From: an uncultured Acidobacteriota bacterium
GTDB lineage: Bacteria; Acidobacteriota; Thermoanaerobaculia; UBA5066
Reading direction: 5' to 3'
Assembly (NCBI GenBank): GCA_963839295.1
Contig: CAWIUK010000010.1
Span: 160,101-224,100 of the forward strand
DNA length: 64,000 bases
Each line of letters opens with the position of its first letter. The first letter of the stretch is position 1. Positions 47,273-55,625 of this stretch are shown here, piece by piece. The notes beneath the pieces were generated by a model, which was not told where the DNA came from, searched no databases, and saw only the letters and a program-made list of their open reading frames with translations. The translations under genes and the position numbers were made by a program.

Positions 47273-49237
47273 ATGGTTAAGAAGTATTCACTTCTCCTCC
47301 TGGCGGCCTCGGCCGGGCTCCTCCTCCTGGCGTTCCGCCCCGGAGGCGCGGCCGGGCCGACCGGCTGGACCGTGGTCGCGTGGAACAACCTCGGGATGCA
47401 CTGCATGGACGCGGACTTCGGCGTCTTCGCGATCCTCCCGCCCTACAACACGATCCAGGCGCAGGTCGTGAACGCGGCGGGCGCCCTCGTCACGGACCCC
47501 GCGCAGGCCGTGCTGACGTACGAGGCCGTCGCGGACGCGACGGGCTCGATCAACCGCACGTCCGCCGGAAAGACGAACTTCTGGGCGAACGTCCAGAGCC
47601 TCTTCAAGGCGTCCCTTCCCGTGGACACGGGCCTCCTCGGCCTGAAGATGCCCGGCACGGCCAACGTGCCGCAGGCGATGGGCTGGGACGCGACGCGCCA
47701 GTGGTGGATCGCGGAGGGAATTCCGCTGACGCCCTACGACGACAAGGGGGCGAAGAACACCTATCCGCTCATGAAGGTCACGGCGAAGAGCCCGGCGGGC
47801 GCCGTCCTCGCCTCCACGAACATCGTCCTGCCGGTGTCGGACGAGATGGATTGCAGCTCCTGCCACTCCTCGACGTCCGGCCTCGCGGCGCGGCCGTACG
47901 CGGGCTGGGTCTACGACACGGACCCGCAGCGCGACACCCGCCGCAACATCCTCCGGCTCCACGACGACATGAACCTCCCCGACCCGGTCTACGTCGCGGC
48001 CCTCGCGGCGAACGGCTACTCCGCGACCGGCCTCGAGGCGACGGCCGCCGGCGGCCGCGCGATCCTGTGCGCGTCGTGCCACCTCTCCGAGGCGCTCGCC
48101 GGCAGCGGCCGCGCCGGGATCGAGCCGCTCACGCAGGCGGTTCACGCGCGCCACGCGCGCGTCGTCGACCCGACCACGGGCCTGGCGCTCGACTCGACCG
48201 CGAACCGCTCGTCCTGCTACCGCTGCCACCCGGGCGCCGTCACGAAGTGCCTGCGCGGCGCGATGGGGTCGGCCGTCATGGCCGACGGCTCGATGCTCAT
48301 GCAGTGCCAGAGCTGCCACGGCTCGATGAGCGCCGTCGGCGCCGCGGGGCGCACGGGCTGGCTCCAGGAGCCCTCCTGCCAGCAGTGCCACACGGGGACC
48401 GCGACGCAGAACTCCGGCCAGATCCGCTACACGTCCGTCTTCGACGCGTCGGGCGCGCCGCGCGCCGCGGCGAGCACGGTCTTCGCGACGACCGCGAACG
48501 TGCCGGCCGCGGGCTTCTCCCTCTACCGCTTCTCGACGGGGCACGGCGGCCTGCAGTGCGCCGCCTGCCACGGCTCGACGCACGCGGAGTACCCGTCCGC
48601 CGAGGCGAACGACAACCTCCAGAGCATCGCGCTGCAGGGGCACGCGGGGCCGATCGCCGAGTGCTCCGCCTGCCACGCGACCATCCCGTCCCCGTGGAAC
48701 GGCGGCCCGCACGGCATGCATCCCGTGGGCTCGAGCTGGGTGAGCCAGCACGACGGCGTCGCGGGCTCGAACCGGGCGGCGTGCCAGGCCTGCCACGGCA
48801 CCGACTACCGCGGGACCGTCCTCTCGGCCACGTTCACGAACCGCTCGTTCTCGACCGAGCGCGGCACCGTGACGCTCGCCGCCGGGACCCTCGTCGGCTG
48901 CTACACGTGCCACAACGGGCCGTCCGGCGAGGGCGCGCCGCCCACGCCCACGCCGTCCGGGACGCCGGCCGCGACGCCGACGCCCACGCCGCGGTCGACG
49001 GCCACGCCGCCGGCGCCGACGCCGACGCCGGGACGCACGCCCACGCCGCCTCCGCCGACGGCGACGCCCACGCCGCGTCTGACGTCCACGCCGACGCCGC
49101 CTCCGCCGACGGCGACGCCGACCGCCCGGCCGACGTCGACGCCCACGCGCCGGCCGACCGCGACCGCGACGCCGGTCCCGACGCGGCGGTGGGTGGAGGA
49201 GAGCGACAACTACCAGCCGGTCGTGCGCCGCAACTAG
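47273..49237 (+). CDS. Secreted nine-heme c-type cytochrome with Pro/Thr-rich C-terminal tail
   Basis: 654 aa. Signal peptide MVKKYSLLLLAASAGLLLLA, strong SD AAAGGAGA. Nine CxxCH motifs: CSSCH, CASCH, CYRCH, CQSCH, CQQCH, CAACH, CSACH, CQACH, CYTCH. The C-terminal ~85 aa are PT-rich (TPTPSGTPAATPTPTPRSTATPPAPTPTPG...). Confidence 0.85.
   Translation: MVKKYSLLLLAASAGLLLLAFRPGGAAGPTGWTVVAWNNLGMHCMDADFGVFAILPPYNTIQAQVVNAAGALVTDPAQAVLTYEAVADATGSINRTSAGKTNFWANVQSLFKASLPVDTGLLGLKMPGTANVPQAMGWDATRQWWIAEGIPLTPYDDKGAKNTYPLMKVTAKSPAGAVLASTNIVLPVSDEMDCSSCHSSTSGLAARPYAGWVYDTDPQRDTRRNILRLHDDMNLPDPVYVAALAANGYSATGLEATAAGGRAILCASCHLSEALAGSGRAGIEPLTQAVHARHARVVDPTTGLALDSTANRSSCYRCHPGAVTKCLRGAMGSAVMADGSMLMQCQSCHGSMSAVGAAGRTGWLQEPSCQQCHTGTATQNSGQIRYTSVFDASGAPRAAASTVFATTANVPAAGFSLYRFSTGHGGLQCAACHGSTHAEYPSAEANDNLQSIALQGHAGPIAECSACHATIPSPWNGGPHGMHPVGSSWVSQHDGVAGSNRAACQACHGTDYRGTVLSATFTNRSFSTERGTVTLAAGTLVGCYTCHNGPSGEGAPPTPTPSGTPAATPTPTPRSTATPPAPTPTPGRTPTPPPPTATPTPRLTSTPTPPPPTATPTARPTSTPTRRPTATATPVPTRRWVEESDNYQPVVRRN
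48935..49185 (+). repeat. In-frame Pro/Thr-rich low-complexity coding repeat with a 26-nt perfect direct repeat
   Basis: ACGCCGCCTCCGCCGACGGCGACGCC occurs at 49043-49068 and again at 49094-49119 (51 nt apart, 17 codons). Each copy encodes TPPPPTATP. Confidence 0.7.
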
Positions 49238-49267
49238 GCGCGGCCGCAGGTCCGGATCGCTCTCCCT

Positions 49268-51283
49268 CTAGCGGGGGAGGGCGCTCCGGAGCCGGTCCCT
49301 CAGGCCGCGGAAGCGCTGCGCGGCCTTCCACGCCTTCGAGTTCGCGATCGCGTGCAGCGTCGTCCCGAGCGTGTGCCGCTCGGCCACGAGGGCCGTGCGC
49401 GTGCGGTGCTCGAACGCGAGGAGCTCGAGCGCCGCTCGCTCGCCGGCCGGAACCGTCCGGGCCGGCGGGAGGGAGCCCATGAACGCGCGGAAGCGTGCCG
49501 CCGCGAGCGCCCACGTGAAGCCGCGGGCCGTCTCGACGCCCTTCGCCGCGAGGCGCTCGCGGAGCGCCGGGTCGTCGAGGAGGCGCCGGATGCCCGCCGC
49601 GAGGGCCGCCGCGTCGCGCGGCGGCACGAGGAGCGCGTTGACGCCGTCGACGGCGTATTCGGACGCGCCGCCCGAGTCCGTCAGGACGCACGCGGCGCCG
49701 CTCGCCATGCCCTCGAGCCCGATGAGGCCGAAGCCCTGGAAGAGCGAGGGGTCGATCACGACGTGCACCGTGGAGAGGAGCTTCGGCACGTCCCCGCGCT
49801 GCAGCGTCCCGAGGTGCGTGTGGCGGAAGCGGGGCGCGTCGGCCGGCATCGCCGCGTGCCCGAAGAGGACGACCTCGACGTCCGCCCGGCCCGCGATCTC
49901 CGCGAGCGCGGGCAAGAGGAAGCGCATGCCGCGGCGCTCGTCCTGCCGCAGCATCGCCGCGACGCGGACGGGCGGCGCCGCGGGGCGGTCGCCGCGCGGG
50001 TAGTACACCTCGGGATCCGCGCTGATCGGGATCGGCGTCGCGACGTGGCCGTGCCGCGCCTCGATCTCGCGCGCGATCCAGGACGAGATCGTGACGATGC
50101 GCGGGATGAGGTCGTACGTCTTCGCGACGTACTCGGGCGGGTCGAACCCGAACCAGCCCTCGTAGTCCTGGACGTAGTAGGCCGTCTGGATCCCGCGGGA
50201 CGCCGCGGCCGCCGCGACGTGGGCCGCCGTCTGGTAGCCGGTGGCGACGAGGAGCTTCGCGGGAGGGCAGCGCTCGAGGAGCTCGGCCGACGAGAGACGC
50301 AGCGGCCGGAAGAAGAGCTCCAGGTCGATTTCCGGCGGGACGGTCTCGAGGACGACGACGCCGGCGCGCACGCCCTCGAGGACGAGCGCGTTCGCGAGCT
50401 CGAGGACGTCGGCGACGCCGCCGTAGATCCCCATGAGCGGCAGGACGAAGAGGACGTCGTACGGCGCGGGAGGCTCGGGGTCGGGCAGCGTCCACTCGAA
50501 CGTGGTCGCGTCGCGCACCGCGCCGAGCGCGTTCTTCGCGTTGAACTCGGCGATCTCCCGCTCGTGCCGGTCCTTCCAGCGGGACATCAGGATCCTGAGA
50601 TTCGCCGCGATGCGCTCGTCGGAGTCGGAGAAGCTCGCGCCCTGGCGGTGGTGGATCCACGTGTCGTCCGCGACCACGCAGCGCCAGCCCGCCGCGCGCG
50701 CGCGGTAGTGGAGGTCGGTCTCCTCGCAGTAGCCGCGTCCGAAGATCTCGTCGAAGACGCCGAGCGTCGCGATCACCTCGCGCCTCACGAGGAGGCAGTG
50801 GCCGACGACCGTCGTCGCGTCGGGGTAGAGCGCGGGGCTCGTGCGCGCGACGCGGCGCGCGAAGGAGAAGACGTCCTCGCCCGCGGGCAGCGCCACGGAG
50901 AGGTTGACGGCGCTCGACGCGAGCGGGCAGCACAGGCCGATCGAGGGGTCCTTCTCGCAGCGCGCGACCATCCGCTCGAGGGCGCCCTCCGTGAGAAGCG
51001 TGTCGCTGTTCAGGAGGCAGACCCACGGGGCGTTCGAGTACAGGAGCCCGCGGTTCGCGGTCTTCACGAAGCCGAGGTTCGTCCCGTTCTCGAGGAGGAC
51101 GATCCCGTCCTGCGCGCGCAGGAACTCCGTCGTCCGCGCGTCGCTCCCGTCGTTGACGACGACGACGCGGGCCCACGGCGGGGCGAAGCGGCGCACGCTC
51201 TCGAGGCAGTCGCGGGTCGAGCGCAGCGCGTTGTAGACCGGGATGACGAGGTCGCAGCGCACCCCGGCGTTCGCGTCCGTCAT
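49268..51283 (-). CDS. Bifunctional glycosyltransferase (N-terminal GT2 + C-terminal GT4)
   Basis: Trimmed from ORF 49268..52888 to ATG 51283 (ATGA overlap). MTDANAGVRCDLVIPVYNALRSTRDCLESV...VVVNDGSD...NLGFVKTAN...LNSDT (GT2), then YDVLFVLPLMGIYGGVADVLE...GFGLIGLEGMASGAACV (GT4). 671 aa. Confidence 0.85.
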   Translation of the reverse strand: MTDANAGVRCDLVIPVYNALRSTRDCLESVRRFAPPWARVVVVNDGSDARTTEFLRAQDGIVLLENGTNLGFVKTANRGLLYSNAPWVCLLNSDTLLTEGALERMVARCEKDPSIGLCCPLASSAVNLSVALPAGEDVFSFARRVARTSPALYPDATTVVGHCLLVRREVIATLGVFDEIFGRGYCEETDLHYRARAAGWRCVVADDTWIHHRQGASFSDSDERIAANLRILMSRWKDRHEREIAEFNAKNALGAVRDATTFEWTLPDPEPPAPYDVLFVLPLMGIYGGVADVLELANALVLEGVRAGVVVLETVPPEIDLELFFRPLRLSSAELLERCPPAKLLVATGYQTAAHVAAAAASRGIQTAYYVQDYEGWFGFDPPEYVAKTYDLIPRIVTISSWIAREIEARHGHVATPIPISADPEVYYPRGDRPAAPPVRVAAMLRQDERRGMRFLLPALAEIAGRADVEVVLFGHAAMPADAPRFRHTHLGTLQRGDVPKLLSTVHVVIDPSLFQGFGLIGLEGMASGAACVLTDSGGASEYAVDGVNALLVPPRDAAALAAGIRRLLDDPALRERLAAKGVETARGFTWALAAARFRAFMGSLPPARTVPAGERAALELLAFEHRTRTALVAERHTLGTTLHAIANSKAWKAAQRFRGLRDRLRSALPR

Positions 51284-52422
51284 CGTGTCAGGAATTCCTT
51301 GAACTTCCACCACGGCGTGAAGAGGCGCCACACGCGCGAGCGGGTGATCTGGTCGATCGTCGCCTGGAGCTTCGCGACGTCGGTCTTCAGGTGGGCGTTC
51401 TGGACCGCGAGAGACTGCTCCCGCGTCGAGGACTCCGAGGTCCGGCGCTCGGCGTCGGCCGCGGAGGAACGCAGGTCGGCCTCGCGGGCGGACGCCGCGG
51501 CGAGGGCCGCGCGCCCCGCCTCCACCTGGGCCCGCGCCTCGGCGAGCGCGTGCCGGAGGGCCTCCGCCTCCGCACGGGACGCCGCGGTCTCCGCGCGGGA
51601 CGCTGCCGCCGCGTCGCGGAGGGCGTAGAGGTCGGTCTCGAGGCTGTCGACGAGGGCCATCTCCGTCGAGGCCGACCGGCGCGCCGCGTGCTTCTCGAAG
51701 AGGCGGCGCCGGGCCGTCTGCGCGTCCCCGGAGTGCCAGGGCTGGGCGGCCGTGATGTTCGACCCGTCGTTCCGGAGCCGGTAGACCGCCGTCACGGACG
51801 GCAGGTGGTGGAACCGCGTCTTCGCCGAGAGCCGGATGAGGAAATCCCAGTCCTCGAACTGGTCGAACGTCTCGTCGAAGCCGCCGATCTCCTGAGCGAG
51901 CGCGCGGCGGTGCGCGAGGGCGATCAGCGGAATGTCGTTCTTGTAGAGGAGGCGCGCGGCGTCGAACGTCCGGCCGTAGACGGTGATCTCTCTGCCGTCC
52001 GTGTAGCGTCCGTCGTCGCCCAGCGCCTGCTCGAGCTGGCGGACGGACGTGTAGGCGGCCTTGTACTCGTCGCTGCCGTCCAGGAAGCGGACGAGCGTCT
52101 CGAGGTGGGCGGGCAGGTAGAGATCGTCGTCGTCGAGGTACGTCAGGTACGTGCCGCGGGCGGCCGCGAGGCCCGCGTTCAGGGCGCGCGTGCGGCCTCC
52201 GGGAGCGGGCGGGACGATCACCCGGAGGGCGCGTCCGGGCGGGGACTCGAGGAGCGCGGCCGGGATCTCGCCGCCGTCGTTCACGACGACCGTCTCGAAG
52301 TCCGTGAACGTCTGGCCGCGGAGGCTCGCGAGGGCCTCGGAGAGGAGGCCGGGCCGGTCCTTCGTCCGGAGAAGCACGGAAACCCGCGGCGCATCCGCCT
52401 GGTGATCGGCCACGGATCTCAT
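51280..52422 (-). CDS. Glycosyltransferase family 2 with C-terminal coiled coil
   Basis: Trimmed from ORF 51280..52860 to ATG 52422. VSVLLRTKDRPGLLSEALASLRGQTF...VVVNDGG...YLDDDD...FEDWDF (GT2). About 110 aa of Ala/Glu/Arg heptad-like coiled coil follow, ending ITRSRVWRLFTPWWKFKEFL. Confidence 0.85.
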   Translation of the reverse strand: MRSVADHQADAPRVSVLLRTKDRPGLLSEALASLRGQTFTDFETVVVNDGGEIPAALLESPPGRALRVIVPPAPGGRTRALNAGLAAARGTYLTYLDDDDLYLPAHLETLVRFLDGSDEYKAAYTSVRQLEQALGDDGRYTDGREITVYGRTFDAARLLYKNDIPLIALAHRRALAQEIGGFDETFDQFEDWDFLIRLSAKTRFHHLPSVTAVYRLRNDGSNITAAQPWHSGDAQTARRRLFEKHAARRSASTEMALVDSLETDLYALRDAAAASRAETAASRAEAEALRHALAEARAQVEAGRAALAAASAREADLRSSAADAERRTSESSTREQSLAVQNAHLKTDVAKLQATIDQITRSRVWRLFTPWWKFKEFLTR

Positions 52423-52443
52423 TGTAGGCGGTAAGCTTCCCGG

Positions 52444-53268
52444 ATGCGGCCTCCGGAACTTCCCGACGAGCGGACGCTCGTGCCGTACTCGGCGTCCACG
52501 TTCGCGGCCCGGCGGGTCCTCGTCCTCGCCCCGCATCCCGACGACGAGGTGTTCGGCTGCGGGGGTGCGATCGCGGATCTCGCCGCGCGCGGCGCGGAGG
52601 TCGACGTCCTCCTCGTGACGGACGGGGCCGCGGCGGCCTCGGACGAGGAGGGGCGCCGCGCGATCGCCGCCCGGCGGGCGGGGGAGTCGCGCGAGGCCCT
52701 CGCGATCCTCGGCGGGGGCGCGTTGCACGAGGGCGGGCTGAGGGACCGCGGACTCGGCGGCCGTCCCGCGGAGCTCGAGGACCTGATCGCGTCCTGGCTC
52801 GCCAAGACGTCGCCGGATCTCGTCTTCGCGCCGTCGCCCGTCGAGACGCATCCCGATCACCGCGCGGTCGCGTACGCGCTCCTCGCAATCGCGCGCCGGC
52901 CCGCCACGGACGCGGGCGCCGCGGCGCTCGCGCGCGCGACGGTCGCCTTCTTCGAGGTCTCGCAGCCCTTCCGCCCGAACTTCCTCTTCGACCTGACGCC
53001 GGTCCTCGAACGGAAGAGGAAGGCGGTCTACGCCTTCGTGTCGCAGACGGCCGAACGCGACTACGCCGGGTTCGGAGACGGTCTGAGCGCGTTTCGGCGC
53101 CTCACGCTGCCGCCCGCCGCCCTCGCGGCGGAGGCCTTCGCCGTGTTTCCGGGCTCGCTCCTGGCCTCTCCCGCGGCGGTCCTCGCCGCGCTCCTGCCGG
53201 TGGCTCCGAGGGCCGCCTTGAGCCTCAGGGAGCGCATCGGGATCCTATTCTCGGGACGACTGCCCTGA
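52444..53268 (+). CDS. PIG-L/LmbE family deacetylase
   Basis: 274 aa. VLVLAPHPDDEVFGCGG and VETHPDHRAV motifs (PIG-L zinc site). Confidence 0.85.
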   Translation: MRPPELPDERTLVPYSASTFAARRVLVLAPHPDDEVFGCGGAIADLAARGAEVDVLLVTDGAAAASDEEGRRAIAARRAGESREALAILGGGALHEGGLRDRGLGGRPAELEDLIASWLAKTSPDLVFAPSPVETHPDHRAVAYALLAIARRPATDAGAAALARATVAFFEVSQPFRPNFLFDLTPVLERKRKAVYAFVSQTAERDYAGFGDGLSAFRRLTLPPAALAAEAFAVFPGSLLASPAAVLAALLPVAPRAALSLRERIGILFSGRLP

Positions 53269-53338
53269 CGCCGCCTCCGGACCTATCATGTGCGTGACCA
53301 GCCGCACGTAAAGCCGTCCGAAAGGGGGGACGGGGACG

Positions 53339-53354
53339 CGGCAGGGGGTTTGCT
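53339..53354 (+). promoter_or_regulatory. Weak sigma-54-like -24/-12 element upstream of the Gly/His-rich PEGA gene
   Basis: cGGCAg-GGGGT-TTGCt, with GG at 53340-41 and GC at 52-53, giving the correct GG-N10-GC spacing. It lies ~50 nt upstream of ATG 53403. The GGCAG is part of a 13-nt direct repeat GGGGACGCGGCAG (53332-53344 and 53368-53380). Confidence 0.3.
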
Positions 53355-53402
53355 TCTTGCGGGAGTGGGGGACGCGGCAGACGGTCCCCGGGAGTCACGA
53401 AA

Positions 53403-54755
53403 ATGCGTCAGAACATCGTTCCCCGGGCTTTCCGAAGGGTCGGCCTCGTCGGCGCCCTCGCGCTCGCGGGGGCTTCTCTCGTTCTCGCTCCTGCGGCGCT
53501 CGCGCAGCACGGCGGTGGCGGCGGCCACGGTGGTGGTGGCGGCGGTGGCAGCCACGGTGGCGGCGGAGGCGGTGGCGGCCACTTCGGTGGCGGCGGCGGG
53601 GGCCACTTCAGTGGCGGCGGCGCCAGGTCCTTCGGTGGCGGCGGTGGCCGGTCCTTCAGCGGTGGCCGGTCCTTCAGCGGCAGTTACGGGTACCGCGGCT
53701 CGGCCCGCAGCAGCGGCTGGGTCACGCACTCCTCGGGAATGCACTACTCGGCGTCCGGCGCGCGCACATCGGCGGGCCACGGCGGTGGACAGCATCCCGG
53801 CAACGGCGGAGGTCATTACGGCAGCGGCCATTACAACGGCGGCCACTATTACGGAGGCCACTACTACGGCGGCCACTACGGGGGCTACCCGGGCGGCTGG
53901 TACAGCCCGTACTACTGGGGATGGAACAGCTGGGGCTGGGGCTGGGGATGGGGATGGGCGCCTTACTGGTCCACGTGGTGGTGGGGCGGACCGTGGGGCG
54001 GCTCGACGATCTACGTCTCGCCTGAGGCCGCGGATACGGACGACGGAGACGGCGGTGGCGGCGGTGGCGGCGGCGACGTGCGTAGCAGCCGGTACGCGAT
54101 CGTGAAGACGGACGTGACTCCCGAGGAGGCGCAGATCTACCTCGACGACAAGTACATCGGCGCGGCCAGCGACTTCGACGGCTTCCCGGACTACCTCTAC
54201 CTCGGGCCGGGCACGTATCACCTCGAGTTCAGGCTTCCGAACTACCAGACCTACGCGACCGACCTCGACGTCACGCGCGGCCAGCAGGTGCGCGTCGCGC
54301 AGGAGCTCAAGCTGGAGCCCGGCAAGAGCGCGCTCGACGCGTTCCCGCCCGAAAGCAAGGGCACGCCGCTCGGCCGCGTCTTCACGAAGGGCGGCGACGC
54401 CGCCGCCGGGGCCGCGCCGCGCGGCGACGACGGCTGGAGCGACCGGAACGCGGGGCAGGCCTGGCGCGACCCCGCCGGCGACAGCCGCGCGGACGCGCGC
54501 GTGGCGCCCGCGCCGCGGCCGTCCAGTCGCGCGCGGATCAACTTCCGCGTGAGCCCGGACGACGCGGCCGTCTACATGGACGACAAGTATCTCGGCGCCG
54601 CCGACGACCTCGCCGCGAACACGCGCGGCGTCGTCGCCGAGCCCGGCACGCACTCGATCACCGTGACACGCCCCGGGTTCAAGAGCAGGACCCTGGAAGT
54701 CACGGCGCACGCGGGCGGCCAGCCGGTGGACGTCGTCGTCGAGCTCGAGAAGTAA
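53403..54755 (+). CDS. Secreted Gly/His/Tyr/Trp-rich low-complexity protein with two PEGA domains
   Basis: 450 aa. Signal peptide ...LALAGASLVLAPAALAQ. Then HGGGGGHGGGGGGGSHGGGGGGGGHFGGGGGGHF..., then GHYYGGHYYGGHYGGYPGGWYSPYYWGWNSWGWGWGWGWAPYWSTWWWGGPWGG. Two PEGA-like domains follow (YLDDKYIGA...GPGTYHLEF and YMDDKYLGA...EPGTHSITVTRPGF). Confidence 0.8.
   Translation: MRQNIVPRAFRRVGLVGALALAGASLVLAPAALAQHGGGGGHGGGGGGGSHGGGGGGGGHFGGGGGGHFSGGGARSFGGGGGRSFSGGRSFSGSYGYRGSARSSGWVTHSSGMHYSASGARTSAGHGGGQHPGNGGGHYGSGHYNGGHYYGGHYYGGHYGGYPGGWYSPYYWGWNSWGWGWGWGWAPYWSTWWWGGPWGGSTIYVSPEAADTDDGDGGGGGGGGDVRSSRYAIVKTDVTPEEAQIYLDDKYIGAASDFDGFPDYLYLGPGTYHLEFRLPNYQTYATDLDVTRGQQVRVAQELKLEPGKSALDAFPPESKGTPLGRVFTKGGDAAAGAAPRGDDGWSDRNAGQAWRDPAGDSRADARVAPAPRPSSRARINFRVSPDDAAVYMDDKYLGAADDLAANTRGVVAEPGTHSITVTRPGFKSRTLEVTAHAGGQPVDVVVELEK
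53505..54000 (+). repeat. In-frame simple-sequence (GGN)n / GGCCAC-rich coding tract
   Basis: Runs of GGCGGTGGCGGCGGCCAC-type triplets encode the Gly/His block. GGCCACTAC / TGGGGC repeats encode the (GHYY)n and (GW)n blocks. Confidence 0.65.
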
Positions 54756-54782
54756 CTCCCGCCGCGGACGCGGCGAAGGACG

Positions 54783-54808
54783 AGGGCCCGGGAAACCGGG
54801 CCCTTTTT
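54783..54808 (+). terminator. Rho-independent terminator
   Basis: AGGGCCCGG-GAAA-CCGGGCCCT followed by TTTT, 28 nt after the stop at 54755. Confidence 0.8.
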
Positions 54809-54850
54809 CGTTGCGGGGCGGCGACGCCTGGCGCGGAACCCTCAACTATC

Positions 54851-55588
54851 ATGAGAACGTCCATGTGGAGTTTCCTGCGAGTCGCGAAGGCGGAGCGGAG
54901 CCGGAATGTCGATGAGCATTTCGTGCCCGGCAGCGGGCTGACCCTCGCTGAAGCGATTCGAGCGGGCGAGAGGGACGCCGTCCACCACCTCATTCGCTAC
55001 GAATGGGCTGCGCGCTGCCTCGCGGACGTTCCCGCCGGGAGCCTGCTGGATCTCGCGACGGGTTCCGGGTATGGGGCCTACGAGCTTGCGACCCGCCTTC
55101 CGTCGGCGCGAGTGGTCGGTGTGGATTACGACACCGCCGCGGTCGAGCAGGCGAGGAGCCGATATGCGCGCCGGAACCTGGAGTTCCGCACCGGAGACGC
55201 GACGCGGTGGGGCGAAACGATCGGCTCCGAGGCGTTCGACGTGATCGTCAGCTTCGACATGGTCGAGCACGTCGTCCACCGCGAGATCATGATGGAGAGC
55301 CTCGTCCGTCACCTCGCGCCCGGAGGCGCTCTCCTGATGTCCACGCCGTGCGGACAGCTCGAGAACGACTTGAAGCCCCTGTGGAGCCATCATCGGATCG
55401 AGTACTCGTCCGCGAGCCTCTACGACTTCCTTCGGCGGTATTTCGGGGTCATCGTCAGGCCCGACGGCCCGGGCTTTCCGCACCGCGACGTTTTCGATCT
55501 GCTCGCGGAGGGGCCGGTCGACTATTTCCTGAAGATGAATCCGGTCATCTGCCGCGAGCCGATCCTCGTCGAGAACCCGTATCGGTGA
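54851..55588 (+). CDS. Class I SAM-dependent methyltransferase
   Basis: 245 aa. Motif I LLDLATGSGYGAYELA, with post-I VVGVDYD and FDVIVSFDMVEHV. Confidence 0.85.
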   Translation: MRTSMWSFLRVAKAERSRNVDEHFVPGSGLTLAEAIRAGERDAVHHLIRYEWAARCLADVPAGSLLDLATGSGYGAYELATRLPSARVVGVDYDTAAVEQARSRYARRNLEFRTGDATRWGETIGSEAFDVIVSFDMVEHVVHREIMMESLVRHLAPGGALLMSTPCGQLENDLKPLWSHHRIEYSSASLYDFLRRYFGVIVRPDGPGFPHRDVFDLLAEGPVDYFLKMNPVICREPILVENPYR

Positions 55589-55625
55589 CGTCGGCCGGCG
55601 CGCGCGGCCCTTACAATCCGGCTGC

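Noticed and set aside
48935-49185. PT-rich and Gly-rich repetitive DNA (also 53505-54000) as a CRISPR array or non-coding tandem repeat
   Set aside because: The repeats are in-frame low-complexity coding sequence inside long ORFs with signal peptides. There is no repeat-spacer periodicity and there are no cas genes.
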